DNA of 64,000 nucleotides. Source: an uncultured Phycisphaerales bacterium (GTDB lineage Bacteria; Planctomycetota; Phycisphaerae; Tepidisphaerales; Tepidisphaeraceae). Location: assembly GCA_963755915.1 (NCBI GenBank), contig CAVWLP010000003.1, positions 352,001-416,000 on the forward strand, given 5' to 3'. The translations under genes were made by a program, and so were the position numbers. Positions 49,166 through 58,773 of the stretch are shown one piece after another; position 1 is the stretch's first letter, and every line of letters starts with the position of its first letter. The notes beneath the pieces are model-generated. The model saw only the letters and a program-made list of their open reading frames with translations, made no database searches and was not told the DNA's origin.

Positions 49166-52074
49166 TCAGACAGTGCGTGTAGCCGCGGTGCGTCGCCATT
49201 TTCCGGTGGCCAGCGTGGCCGCGGCGGTGGCGATGATGCAGATGAGGCCGACGGCGAAGCGGGTTTGGCTGGCGTACCAGACGGTCATGTCCGCGGTGAT
49301 GGGGATGAAGCGGAGCATGTAGATGCACCAGAGACCGGCGATGGCGGCGACGAGGCCGTAGCGGACAAGCAGGAGGATCATCAGGCCCATGACGACGCCG
49401 GCTTCGGCCCACTGGACCCAGCCGGGGCTGTACCACTGGAAGGTTTGAACGGCGCCCAGCGCGACGAGCGCGAGGGCGGCGATCCATTTGCGACGGAAGA
49501 CGATCAAAAACAGGACGGTGGAAAGCAGGTAGAGCAGGCCGATGTAGAGGGCGTCGAGGAGGGACCAGAGAGCGAGGGCGGTGGGATTTTCCTTGGCGAG
49601 AAAGCGGACCATGGTGCGGATATCGGGGACGGCGGCGGCATGGCCGAAGTGCATGGGGAGGAGATTGGCAAGCTCGCCGAGAACGCTGGCGACCGCGCCG
49701 ACGGCCAGGCCGGCGAGAACATGGGAGCCCACGAGTGGGTCCATCAAACGGCCGGAGAGGGCCCTGCTCCAGGAGATGACGGTTTCGGGCCAGGTTTTGC
49801 GGACGTGGGGCTCGAGCGCCAGATAAAACATCCAGACGATTGCCGCGGGGACGACGATGAAACCCAAGGCGCGGAAAAACGAGCGGAGTTCGAGGAAGAG
49901 CTCAGGGATATGACTGGAGCAGAGGAGCCAGACGAGCAGGCCGAGGACGAGGAAGAGTCCGGCGAGCTTTTGGGCGCCTTCGGAATCGCCTTCTCTGGCG
50001 CGGATGTTTCGCCAGGCGAGGAAAAGGCTGCTGATGATTGCGGCGATGATGAGGGTCGCCTGCAGGGCAATGTTGCGGCCGGTGGGGAGATCGGGGTTGG
50101 CTACGATGCCCAGTTTGTCGGCCTGGTCTTCCCAGGTTTCGCGGATTTCGAAATAGACGGGCAGGCCGTTGACGGTACCAAGAGCGACGCGGAAAGATTG
50201 GCCGGGGTTTTCGGGATAGACGCCCTGCCACTGGCTGCGGGAATCGACGAACATCGGGGGAATGATGGAGGGGGTTTGGGGCTTGAGCTGGGCGGGGTCA
50301 AGATCGGCGTAGCGGAAAAGGGCCGCGATATAGGCGGCGGATTGGGCGGGGGTGGCGCTGCCGAAGTTACTTGTGGGCAAAATCTGGAGGAGCTTGAGGC
50401 GGCCGGTGGGATCGAGCTCGATGGTTCGCATGTCTGGCGCGGTGCGGGCGGGTTCGTCAAGCGTCACCATGCCGAGGTCGTCCTTCGAGACCATGAACTG
50501 CGGGCTTTGGCGATACCAGAAAAAGATCGGGCCGGGGCGGGAATAGGAGAGCTGGTCCCAGCGATTGACGGTGTTGTCTTTTTGAATGATCCAGCCAATA
50601 AACTTGTCGTTGAGGGCGAATCCATGGGCGGAGCGCGCGGTTCCGATCCAGGTTCGGCTGTAGCCGGCATCGGAAAGGATCTGGAGGGCGCGATCGGTGA
50701 GAACGGCCGGGGCCTTGATTCCCTCCTGAAGGCGGGGCAGGAGCATGGCGCGTGGAGAAAGGAGAACGGCGGCGACGATGCCGACGACGGCGATCGCCAG
50801 GAGGATGGCGGCGCGAATGACGGTCAGTCCGGCGCCACCGGCAGCGGCGACCATCTGCGGGCTGGGGGTTTCGCCAGCGGCCAGGACCGCGGCGAGGGGA
50901 TCGCCGCCGGGCAATGCGGCGGCGACGGCGAGCGCGCTGCCGGGCGCTTGCTGGGGTCTTTTTCCAGGCATCGCAGAATCACCCGCTCGGCGAGGGGATC
51001 CATGTCGGCGATGAAAGTGGAGGGATGCGTGGGATTCGTTTGTTTGTGGAGGCGGGCGTATTCGGGCATCGAGTGGGCGGTGAATGCCTGGCGGCCGGTG
51101 AAGATTTCGTAGAGGACGAGGCCCAAGGCGTAGATGTCGCTGCGGACGGTGGCTTCGCCCTTGGCGAATTGTTCCGGGGCCATGTAGGCGGGGGTGCCGG
51201 CGGCTGTGTCGTTGGCGCCGTCGACGCGGCCGCTGATGCCGAAATCGGTGATGCGAACCTGGCCGCGGCCGTCGAGCATGATGTTGGCGGGCTTGAGATC
51301 GCGATGTAGGACACCCTTGTCGTGGGCGGCGGCGAGGCCGGCGCAGAGCTCGCGGGCAATTTGAATCGCCTTGTCGTGCGGCAGGCGGCCGATGCGGCGG
51401 AGGAGGGAGGCGAGGTCTTCGCCGTCGACGAATTCCATGGAGATGAACTGCTCGCCCTCCACCTCGCCGATGTCGAAGACCCGGCAGACGTTGGGATGGG
51501 TGACCTGGCGGGAAAGGCGGACCTCGTTGTGAAAGCGCTCGAGCCAGGTGGGATTGTTTTCGAAGGATTTCGGCAAGAATTTCAGGGCGACGGCCTGGTC
51601 GAGCGTGAGATCGTCGGCGCGGTAGACCTCGCCCATTCCGCCAGAGCCGAGGAGGCTGACGATGCGATAGCGCTGGGCGACGACCATGCCGGATTCGAAG
51701 CGGCCCTTGGGGGTTCCCGAATCGGAATGGCCTGAGGTGACACGGGAGACGTGAGAAGCGTGGGAGCGATATTCCGAGGCGCTGTGGCGCGGCGTGGGTT
51801 TTTTCTCGGTGAAGGGCTCGAGGGGGCGGATTTCCTGGCTGACGGCGGGCGGCTCGGGCTCGGTGGTCATCTCCTCATTTTCTTTTTCTTCAGATGCCTC
51901 CATCGAGCCGAGCTTGGAAGCGTGGCGATGGGAGCGCAGGAGGGAGGTGACTTCTTCACTCAGCTCGGCGTCGCCAGCGCAGAGGCGGGCGATTTCCTCG
52001 TCCTGCCGATCTTCGGGGCAGTCGGTGAGGGCGAGGAAGACTTCCTTAACGCGCTTGTACTGTTCCGCGGTCAT
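49166..52074 (-). CDS. Hanks-type Ser/Thr kinase with periplasmic and multi-TM C-terminal region (frameshift near 50945)
   Basis: GSGGMGEVY, VALKFL, HRDLKPAN, DFG and GTPAYMAPE; continues SALAVAAALPGGDPL in the next frame. Confidence 0.9.
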
Positions 52075-52631
52075 CGGCTGAGTTCCCGCATCAACCAGGC
52101 TCGGGCCATTGTCCAGTCCCCTTCCACGGTGCGCTTGGAGACGCCGAGGACCTGGGCGACTTCTTCGACGCTCATGCCGGCAAAGAATCGCATCTCAACG
52201 ACCTCGGACTGGCGGTGATCGAGCTTGGCGAGTTTTTCCAGGGCCTCGTCGAGCGCCAGGATTTCCTCTTCGCGCTGCGGGGCGAGGGCGACGGATTCGT
52301 CGAGGGCAACGCGGCCCGCGCCGCCGCCGCGCTTTTGTCGCTTTTTCTGGCGGGCGTGATCGACGAGTATCCGGCGGATGGCCTGGGCCCCCACCGCGAA
52401 GAAATGCGTCCGCCCCTGCCAATCGACGCGGGTCTGGTCGATGAGGCGGAGGTAGGCCTCGTGAACCAGGGCGGTGGGCTGAAGAGTGTGGTCCTTGCGC
52501 TCGTGCCGGAGATGCCGGGCGGCGAGGGCGCGGAATTCATCGTAGACCAACGGCATCAGCTTAGCCGCGGCCGAGGCGCGATCGCCGTCCTTAAGGGTGA
52601 CCAGAAGTTTTGTGACCTCATTCGCTGCCAG
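52071..52631 (-). CDS. ECF sigma factor, planctomycete STK-associated type
   Basis: EVTKLL, PLVYDEFR, HTLQPTALVHEAYLRL and DWTMARAWL motifs; stop overlaps the kinase ATG; start uncertain (CTG 52631). Confidence 0.9.
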   Translation of the reverse strand: MAANEVTKLLVTLKDGDRASAAAKLMPLVYDEFRALAARHLRHERKDHTLQPTALVHEAYLRLIDQTRVDWQGRTHFFAVGAQAIRRILVDHARQKKRQKRGGGAGRVALDESVALAPQREEEILALDEALEKLAKLDHRQSEVVEMRFFAGMSVEEVAQVLGVSKRTVEGDWTMARAWLMRELSR

Positions 52632-52752
52632 AGTCCAAATTATCGCCGGGAACAGCGGTCCGACAAGCCCAAATCAGATGCCATCCCGCCAGCCCCACCG
52701 TTTTCCAAACTCTGGCAACTGCCGACCTATACAGTAACATTCACAGGCAACC

Positions 52753-54237
52753 ATGCACCGCCGACTGATCCAGATCGTCCAGCAGCTCCCGGCAAGCAGG
52801 GTCGTGCTTGTGGGGGACCTCATGCTGGACAAATACCTTTACGGCAACGCCGAGCGAGTTTCGCCCGAGGCGCCGGTCCTGGTGCTCCATTATCAGAATG
52901 AGGAGCTGCGGCTGGGGGGGGCGGCCAATGTGGCTTCGATGCTGGCGACGCTGAACGCCAGGGTGAGGGCGATCGGGTTGGTTGGCAAAGATCAAAACGC
53001 CCAGGACCTGCGGCAGTTGATGCAGGGGATCGGAGTAGACCACAGCCTGCTGGTCGTCGATGAGAACCGCCCCACCACCTGCAAGCTTCGGCTCGTGGGG
53101 GCGGCGCAGCATCGCCATGCCCAGCAGCTCATGCGGCTGGATTATGAAAATCCCTCGGCCTGCTCCGATGCTTTGGCCTCCAAAATCCTCGCCAGCGCGG
53201 AGCAGGCGATTGGCGACTGCAACATGGTCTGTATCGAGGATTACAACAAGGGAACGCTAACGCCCAAGGTTTGCCAGGGGGTTATCGCGGCGGCGAAGCG
53301 CAAAGGGGTGCCGATATTGGTCGATCCGGCTTCGATCGGGGATTACTCAAAATATGCCGGGGCGACGGCGATCAAGCTCAATCGGGCGGAAACGAGCCGG
53401 GCGTGCGGGCACCCGGTGGAGGGGCCGAACGATTTTGAGCCGGCGGCGGAGAAGCTGCTCAACATGCTGAACCTCGAAGCCGCGATTCTTACGCTGGATC
53501 GCGACGGGGCTTTTCTTGCCACGCGCGATGGGAAGCGGCAGTGGCTCAAGCACGTTCGTCAACGGCAGGTGTTTGATGCGACCGGGGCGGGCGACATGGT
53601 ATTGGCAATGCTGGCCGCGGCGCGGGCGGCGGGGGCAAGTTGGACGGAGGCGGTGGCGCTGGGGAACGTGGCGGCGGGGCTGGAGGTGGAGCGATTTGGG
53701 ACGGTGCCGATTACTCCCGGCGAAATTATCCAGGAAATCCAGGCGGAGGCGCATGAGCCGCCCTCGAAGCTGCGGTCGCTCGATCTGCTTCTGCCGGAGC
53801 TGGCGGCGCATCGGGCGTCGGGGAAGAAGATCGTCTTTACCAACGGGTGTTTCGATCTGATCCATCTGGGGCATGTGAAATATTTCCAGTTTGCCCGGCA
53901 ACAGGGGGACCTGCTGGTGGTCGGCGTGAATACGGATGAGGGGATTCGCCGGCTTAAGGGGCCGAAGCGGCCGATTATTTCGCAAGTCGATCGGCTGGGG
54001 GTTTTGGAGGAGCTTCAGAGCATCGATTACCTGGTTTGTTTTGATGAAGACACGCCGCAGAAACTGATCGAGCAGATTCGGCCCGATGTCCTGGTGAAGG
54101 GGGCGGATTATCCGAAGGATAAGGTGGTGGGGTGGGATGTGGTGGAATCGTATGGGGGTCATGTGCAGCTTGCTCCACTGGTGGATGGGAAGAGCACGAC
54201 TGCCGTCATTCAGCGAATTCTGGAAAATTATCGCTGA
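52753..54237 (+). CDS. hldE: Bifunctional heptose-7-phosphate kinase / heptose-1-phosphate adenylyltransferase
   Basis: RVSPEAPV, GGAANVA, DATGAGD, FTNGCFDLIHLGH and LVKGADY motifs. Confidence 0.95.
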   Translation: MHRRLIQIVQQLPASRVVLVGDLMLDKYLYGNAERVSPEAPVLVLHYQNEELRLGGAANVASMLATLNARVRAIGLVGKDQNAQDLRQLMQGIGVDHSLLVVDENRPTTCKLRLVGAAQHRHAQQLMRLDYENPSACSDALASKILASAEQAIGDCNMVCIEDYNKGTLTPKVCQGVIAAAKRKGVPILVDPASIGDYSKYAGATAIKLNRAETSRACGHPVEGPNDFEPAAEKLLNMLNLEAAILTLDRDGAFLATRDGKRQWLKHVRQRQVFDATGAGDMVLAMLAAARAAGASWTEAVALGNVAAGLEVERFGTVPITPGEIIQEIQAEAHEPPSKLRSLDLLLPELAAHRASGKKIVFTNGCFDLIHLGHVKYFQFARQQGDLLVVGVNTDEGIRRLKGPKRPIISQVDRLGVLEELQSIDYLVCFDEDTPQKLIEQIRPDVLVKGADYPKDKVVGWDVVESYGGHVQLAPLVDGKSTTAVIQRILENYR

Positions 54238-54390
54238 AAATCGCCCGCCAAAATGTCTTGTCTGCGCTGAATTTGGCATGATTTTGGGGCTTGTAAAGCC
54301 AAATTGGCCGGTTGTGGCCGATTGGCCCGCTATGTGCTTTGGGAGGGGTAGCTATAATCATTTTTTGAACACTCTCGAAAGGAGCTATCG

Positions 54391-54699
54391 ATGTCACGTA
54401 CACACACACACCATGCGTCAAACGGTCCGGGTCACGGCTCTGCTACCGATGACCTCAAGGACAAGGCCGGCAAAGTCGGGCAGGACCTGAAGGACGTCGC
54501 GGGCGCGGTGCGCGACGTAGCGGGAGAACAGTACGAAAATGTGCGCCAGCGGGCTGCCGATTACGTCGAGCAGGGCCGCGAGCGGGTCATGGAATGGGAA
54601 GAGGGGATCGAAGGATACATCAAGGACAATCCCATCCGTTCGCTGCTGATCGCCGGCGGAGTAGGATTGCTCGTCGGGCTGATCTGGCGACGCAAATGA
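54391..54699 (+). CDS. ElaB/YqjD/DUF883-family protein
   Basis: Helical N-terminus; YIKDNPIRSLLIAGGVGLLVGLIWRRK tail anchor. Confidence 0.85.
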   Translation: MSRTHTHHASNGPGHGSATDDLKDKAGKVGQDLKDVAGAVRDVAGEQYENVRQRAADYVEQGRERVMEWEEGIEGYIKDNPIRSLLIAGGVGLLVGLIWRRK

Positions 54700-54725
54700 T
54701 TTTGGGCAAGTAATCTTGGGCGAAT

Positions 54726-55295
54726 ATGGAAATGGATTCGGAAGGCAGGAATCCGACCTGGTCGGTCGCTGATGCGGCCGGGGCGTCCCCGCCTTCCGAA
54801 TCCCACCGGTCGCAGGCCAAACCGCCCCCACCGCCGCCTTCGCCCGATAAGGACCGGCGGTCGACCGAAGAAGTCATCTCCGATCTGCATCTTCGATTTC
54901 GCGAGCTGGTTGATTACGTCGTTTATTTCCTGATGACGCGAATCGACGCCGCGAGACATTACGTTAAACAAAAGATTCTGTGGCTCTCGCTGATCGCCCT
55001 GGGCGTGCTTGCGGGCGCTGGGGCCGTCGTAACGGCCGTGGTTCTGCTTTGCACGGGAATCGCGGATGGGCTTTCGGCCCTCTTCGGGCGCGTCTGGGCG
55101 GGGGAGCTGGCGACGGGTGTTATCCTGCTCGGTGTCACCGGTTTTTTGGGATCCTATGCGTTTGAGCGGCTGGTTAAACAATCGCATCAGGAGCGGATCG
55201 CAAAATATGAGGCCTTCCGCGCCCGATTTCGGGAGAGATATGGCCATGACATTGACGACCCCGGAGGTCCGCAGCAAAGAGGGGGCGGGCAATGA
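54726..55295 (+). CDS. YqjE/phage-holin-superfamily-like membrane protein
   Basis: Two TM segments; position after DUF883 gene. Confidence 0.6.
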   Translation: MEMDSEGRNPTWSVADAAGASPPSESHRSQAKPPPPPPSPDKDRRSTEEVISDLHLRFRELVDYVVYFLMTRIDAARHYVKQKILWLSLIALGVLAGAGAVVTAVVLLCTGIADGLSALFGRVWAGELATGVILLGVTGFLGSYAFERLVKQSHQERIAKYEAFRARFRERYGHDIDDPGGPQQRGGGQ

Positions 55296-55708
55296 ATGAA
55301 GCCGAATTCCTGAACCAGGAATGTAAGCGGGCGGAGGGGGCGATAAAGGTCACCGCCATGGCCCTTGGACATGAGGCGATGGAGATCGTCGACCCCCGGC
55401 GGTTGACGCGCGAGCATCCCTGGAAGCTGGTGGCGGTCGCGGCGGCGGCGGGATTTGTGGCCAGCAGGCTCTTTACCGCCGAAGAGCCGCAGGGGCCGGA
55501 AATTCGCGACAAACCGGCCCCCCGCAAGAAGCTGTTTACGCTGAGCCGCATCTTTGCCGTCTCGCGGGAGCTGCTGACGGTGGCCCGTCCCATCATCGAT
55601 ACCGTGTGGGCAGCGGCACTTGCCGCCGCCGAGGGGCAACACGGCAACGGGGAGCATCTTTCCCAAACCCCCAGCAATCAACCGCCCGATTTTCCTTCCC
55701 AATCCTGA
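55292..55708 (+). CDS. YqjK/DUF3618-like protein
   Basis: REHPWKLVAVAAAAGFV motif; ATGA-coupled third gene. Confidence 0.55.
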   Translation: MNEAEFLNQECKRAEGAIKVTAMALGHEAMEIVDPRRLTREHPWKLVAVAAAAGFVASRLFTAEEPQGPEIRDKPAPRKKLFTLSRIFAVSRELLTVARPIIDTVWAAALAAAEGQHGNGEHLSQTPSNQPPDFPSQS

Positions 55709-55864
55709 ATTGCCGGTCCTGCTTACCTGCCTTTCCACCGCGGCGGTCGCCAACGGTGTTACGAGAGTGAATTTTAGTTGGCCCCCTGATCCGTTCGCGG
55801 TAATCTGAGCGTGAACCCGAAGTTCCCCGCTCCCGGGATGCCTTTCGCTAACGCTGGACAAAAC

Positions 55865-56083
55865 ATGATTCGCGCAATCCGTCGATTAATCGCAGTGGGA
55901 TTTGTTGTATCCATGGTGGCGGCGCCTTTGGGGATTTGCGGGGACAATTCTGCCAACCCTCAGAAACATGCAACGCCCGGGGCGCAGGTTGCCAGCCGGT
56001 TGATCGAAGTGCGGCTTCGGCGATTGCACCTGGTTCGTCCGGATTTGATCCCCTACCCGATCGCCTACGAATTGATCTGCTGA
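55865..56083 (+). CDS. Small putative secreted protein
   Basis: GGA SD, signal-peptide-like N-terminus, C-terminal LHLVRPDLIPYPIAYELIC. Confidence 0.5.
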   Translation: MIRAIRRLIAVGFVVSMVAAPLGICGDNSANPQKHATPGAQVASRLIEVRLRRLHLVRPDLIPYPIAYELIC

Positions 56084-57297
56084 ACTCCGCCCATACTTTT
56101 CCGCAAACTTTGCGGTTGTCTCTTTTCCTTCATCGCGATGGCAATGTCGGCCAGGGCATCGGCCGCGAATTGCACGTCCTGGGGACTTAAGAAGGGTCCG
56201 AAACTGAGTCGATCCGTTCCACCACCGGCGGCGGTGCCGATGGCTTCATGCGCCAGCGGAGCGCAGTGAATTCCGGCGCGGGTGAGAATGCCGTAGCTCG
56301 ATTCGAGGACGGCGGCGAGTTCGTGGGGTTCGAGGCCCTGGACCGCGACCGAGAAAACACCGACGCGATTTTTTACGCCGCGCGGGCCGAAATAGGTGAG
56401 GCCGTCCACGTCGCTGATCCCGTCGATGAAGGTGCCGCACAGTTCCGTTTCGTGGCGAGCGATGTTTTCGATTCCACGATCAATGACCCATTGGACGCCT
56501 TCGGAAAGGCCGATAATTCCGATGGCGTTGTGGCTGCCGGGCTCGTATTTGTCGGGGAGGAAATCGGGCTGGCGATCGCTTTCGCTGATCGAGCCGGTGC
56601 CCCCTTCGCGGATGGTTTGGACGAGCTTTTCCATGCCGGGGCGGAGGTAGAGGAACCCTGTGCCGAGCGGGCCGAAGAGGCCTTTGTGTCCCGGCGCGGC
56701 CAGGAGATCGATGCAGTCGGCCTGCACGTCGATCGAAACGTGCCCGGCGGATTGGGCGGCGTCGACCAGCAGGGGAATGCCCCGCGAGCGGGCGATTTTG
56801 CCGATCTCGCGGATCGGCTGAAGCGTGCCCGTCACGTTGCTGGCGTGGGTGAGGGCGATCAATCTTGTATCGGAGCGAATGGCTTTGGCGATGGCGTCGG
56901 GATCGACCAGGCCGGTCTTGGGGTCGATCGGGATTCGTGTTTGCTCGATGCGGCCTTCATCCGCCAGCGCGTTCAACGGGCGGAGGATTGAATTGTGATC
57001 GATGCGCGTGCAAATCGCATGGGCCCGATCGGTGCGATGGAAAAGGCCCTTGATCGCCAGGTTCAGCGCATCCGAGCAGTTGAGGGTAAAGATGAAGTGG
57101 TCGGGATTTTCACCGTTGAAGAACCGATTGAGCCGCTCGCGGCAGCCGCGGAGAAGCGCGCCCGTTTCCATCGCTTCGCGATAGGCGCCGCGGCCGGCGC
57201 GATCGCCCAGTTCGGTCGCATAGCGCGACATCGCTTCCAGAACCTCCTTCGGTTTGGGGAAGCTGGTGGCGGCGTTGTCGAGGTACAGACGGTTCAT
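56065..57297 (-). CDS. Cysteine desulfurase family, class V aminotransferase
   Basis: YLDNAATSFPKP, HASNVTG, DAAQSAG, GHKGL and RAGIHCAP motifs. Confidence 0.9.
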   Translation of the reverse strand: MNRLYLDNAATSFPKPKEVLEAMSRYATELGDRAGRGAYREAMETGALLRGCRERLNRFFNGENPDHFIFTLNCSDALNLAIKGLFHRTDRAHAICTRIDHNSILRPLNALADEGRIEQTRIPIDPKTGLVDPDAIAKAIRSDTRLIALTHASNVTGTLQPIREIGKIARSRGIPLLVDAAQSAGHVSIDVQADCIDLLAAPGHKGLFGPLGTGFLYLRPGMEKLVQTIREGGTGSISESDRQPDFLPDKYEPGSHNAIGIIGLSEGVQWVIDRGIENIARHETELCGTFIDGISDVDGLTYFGPRGVKNRVGVFSVAVQGLEPHELAAVLESSYGILTRAGIHCAPLAHEAIGTAAGGGTDRLSFGPFLSPQDVQFAADALADIAIAMKEKRQPQSLRKSMGGVQQINS

Positions 57298-57353
57298 GCT
57301 GTGGCCATTTTTTCTTCGCGGTGAATCATAGCCACTTCACAACGCAAATGTCA

Positions 57354-58076
57354 TTACCAGAATGCCCAGTCGTGGGTGGCCAGTACGTAAACGCCAAGCA
57401 GCAAGTTGGTAACGCCATGGGCGATAATGCAGGCGCCGAGGCTTCGGGTGCGAATGAGCAGCAGCGCAATCATGACGCCCCAGACGATGGCGGTGAGCCA
57501 TTGGATGTGGACGGTGGCGAAGGCGAGGGTGACGATGATGAAGGCCCGCCCGTCCCAGCCGCCGATAGGGAAGATTTTGAAATCGTTGGGGGCTGCGACA
57601 GTTCGCCACAGAAAATCGCGCCAGAAGAGCTCTTCCATGAAGGGGACAACGATCACCGGGCCCAGAAGCCGAAATGGGATGAAAATCCATAGCAGGGTGC
57701 GAGATTCGATATCGGCGAAGGGGTTGAAGATGTCGGAGCTGGGGCGGGGGTAGTTGGGCCAGAAATGGAGGAGGAGTTTTTCCATGCCGACCCATTGGAC
57801 GACACCGAGGACGCCGATGATGAGGCCGAGGATGGCGTAGTCCCAACTGATCTTCGTGTAATGTTTTCGAAAGGCGACGAGCAGCATGCCGGCCGCGAAG
57901 GTTTTCAGGATGTAGGACAACGGGAAAAACGAATGCCACTGGCCGGCGGCGAAGGTAAAGGCGAGGAAGACGGCCATGGGGAGCACATAGGCGCCTTCAT
58001 CGCCGATGCGGGATTTGCCTCCGGGCGCCGTTGGCGGGGTTTGATAATCGACAATCGGCGGCGGATCGGCCTCCAT
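57354..58076 (-). CDS. CAAX prenyl protease-related (CPBP) membrane protein
   Basis: VVPFMEELFWR, FATVH and AHGVTNLLLG motifs. Confidence 0.88.
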   Translation of the reverse strand: MEADPPPIVDYQTPPTAPGGKSRIGDEGAYVLPMAVFLAFTFAAGQWHSFFPLSYILKTFAAGMLLVAFRKHYTKISWDYAILGLIIGVLGVVQWVGMEKLLLHFWPNYPRPSSDIFNPFADIESRTLLWIFIPFRLLGPVIVVPFMEELFWRDFLWRTVAAPNDFKIFPIGGWDGRAFIIVTLAFATVHIQWLTAIVWGVMIALLLIRTRSLGACIIAHGVTNLLLGVYVLATHDWAFW

Positions 58077-58109
58077 CGTGCGCATCTTAGCGGAAAGGGT
58101 TTGGGGATT

Positions 58110-58748
58110 CTAAGCGAGGCCGTGGAGCAGGTTTCGGGTGAGGATTTCTTTGACCTCGTCGATCGATGGGGCATTGTCGCCCAATATCTTTCGAACACTG
58201 GTGACGCCTCTGCCGGTAAGTCCGCAGGGGATGATGTGGGAGAAGCCGGATAAGTCACCCTCCACATTGAGAGCGAGGCCATGGAGGGAGATTCCGCGTC
58301 GGATTCGGACGCCGATTGCGCAGATCTTGGATTCGCCGACCCACACGCCTACGGCATTCGGATCGGTTGTGGCCTCGATGCCGATTCCTTTGAGCGTGGC
58401 GATGACGATCGCTTCCAGTCGGTGAACGTACCCCCCTACCGAAAACCCGTGCGAATTCAGGCGGATGATAGGGTAGGCAACGATCTGGCCTGGGCCGTGG
58501 AAGGTGATGTCGCCGCCGCGGTCGCTGTGGACCAGTTCTACGCCGTACGATTGCAACTGATCGGGGGGGGTGACGAGGTTTCGTATCGAGTCTTCCCGGC
58601 GGCCAAGGGTAACGACTGCGGGGTGCTGGACGAGGAGGATTGTTTCCGGGCCGCCACTTAGAACCGATTCGTGGATGCGCTCCTGCTCTTTCCACGCGTC
58701 GCGATAGGGCATGGTGCCGAGGTCGGTGACTTCGATCGTTTTTTCCAT
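58110..58748 (-). CDS. lipB: Lipoyl(octanoyl) transferase
   Basis: RGGDITFHGPGQIVAYP, KICAIG, HGLALN and IPCGL motifs. Confidence 0.95.
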   Translation of the reverse strand: MEKTIEVTDLGTMPYRDAWKEQERIHESVLSGGPETILLVQHPAVVTLGRREDSIRNLVTPPDQLQSYGVELVHSDRGGDITFHGPGQIVAYPIIRLNSHGFSVGGYVHRLEAIVIATLKGIGIEATTDPNAVGVWVGESKICAIGVRIRRGISLHGLALNVEGDLSGFSHIIPCGLTGRGVTSVRKILGDNAPSIDEVKEILTRNLLHGLA

Positions 58749-58773
58749 TGCCAATTAACACTAGAATCTCCGC

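Noticed and set aside
48746-51112. 788-aa plus-strand ORF, and similar long ORFs at 40455-42014, 37345-39009 and 21955-23523
   Set aside because: Antisense shadows of well-supported genes in GC-rich DNA, with no protein motifs.
54726-55295. Prophage remnant suggested by a holin-like protein
   Set aside because: The context is the cellular elaB/yqjE/yqjK-type operon; no phage genes nearby.
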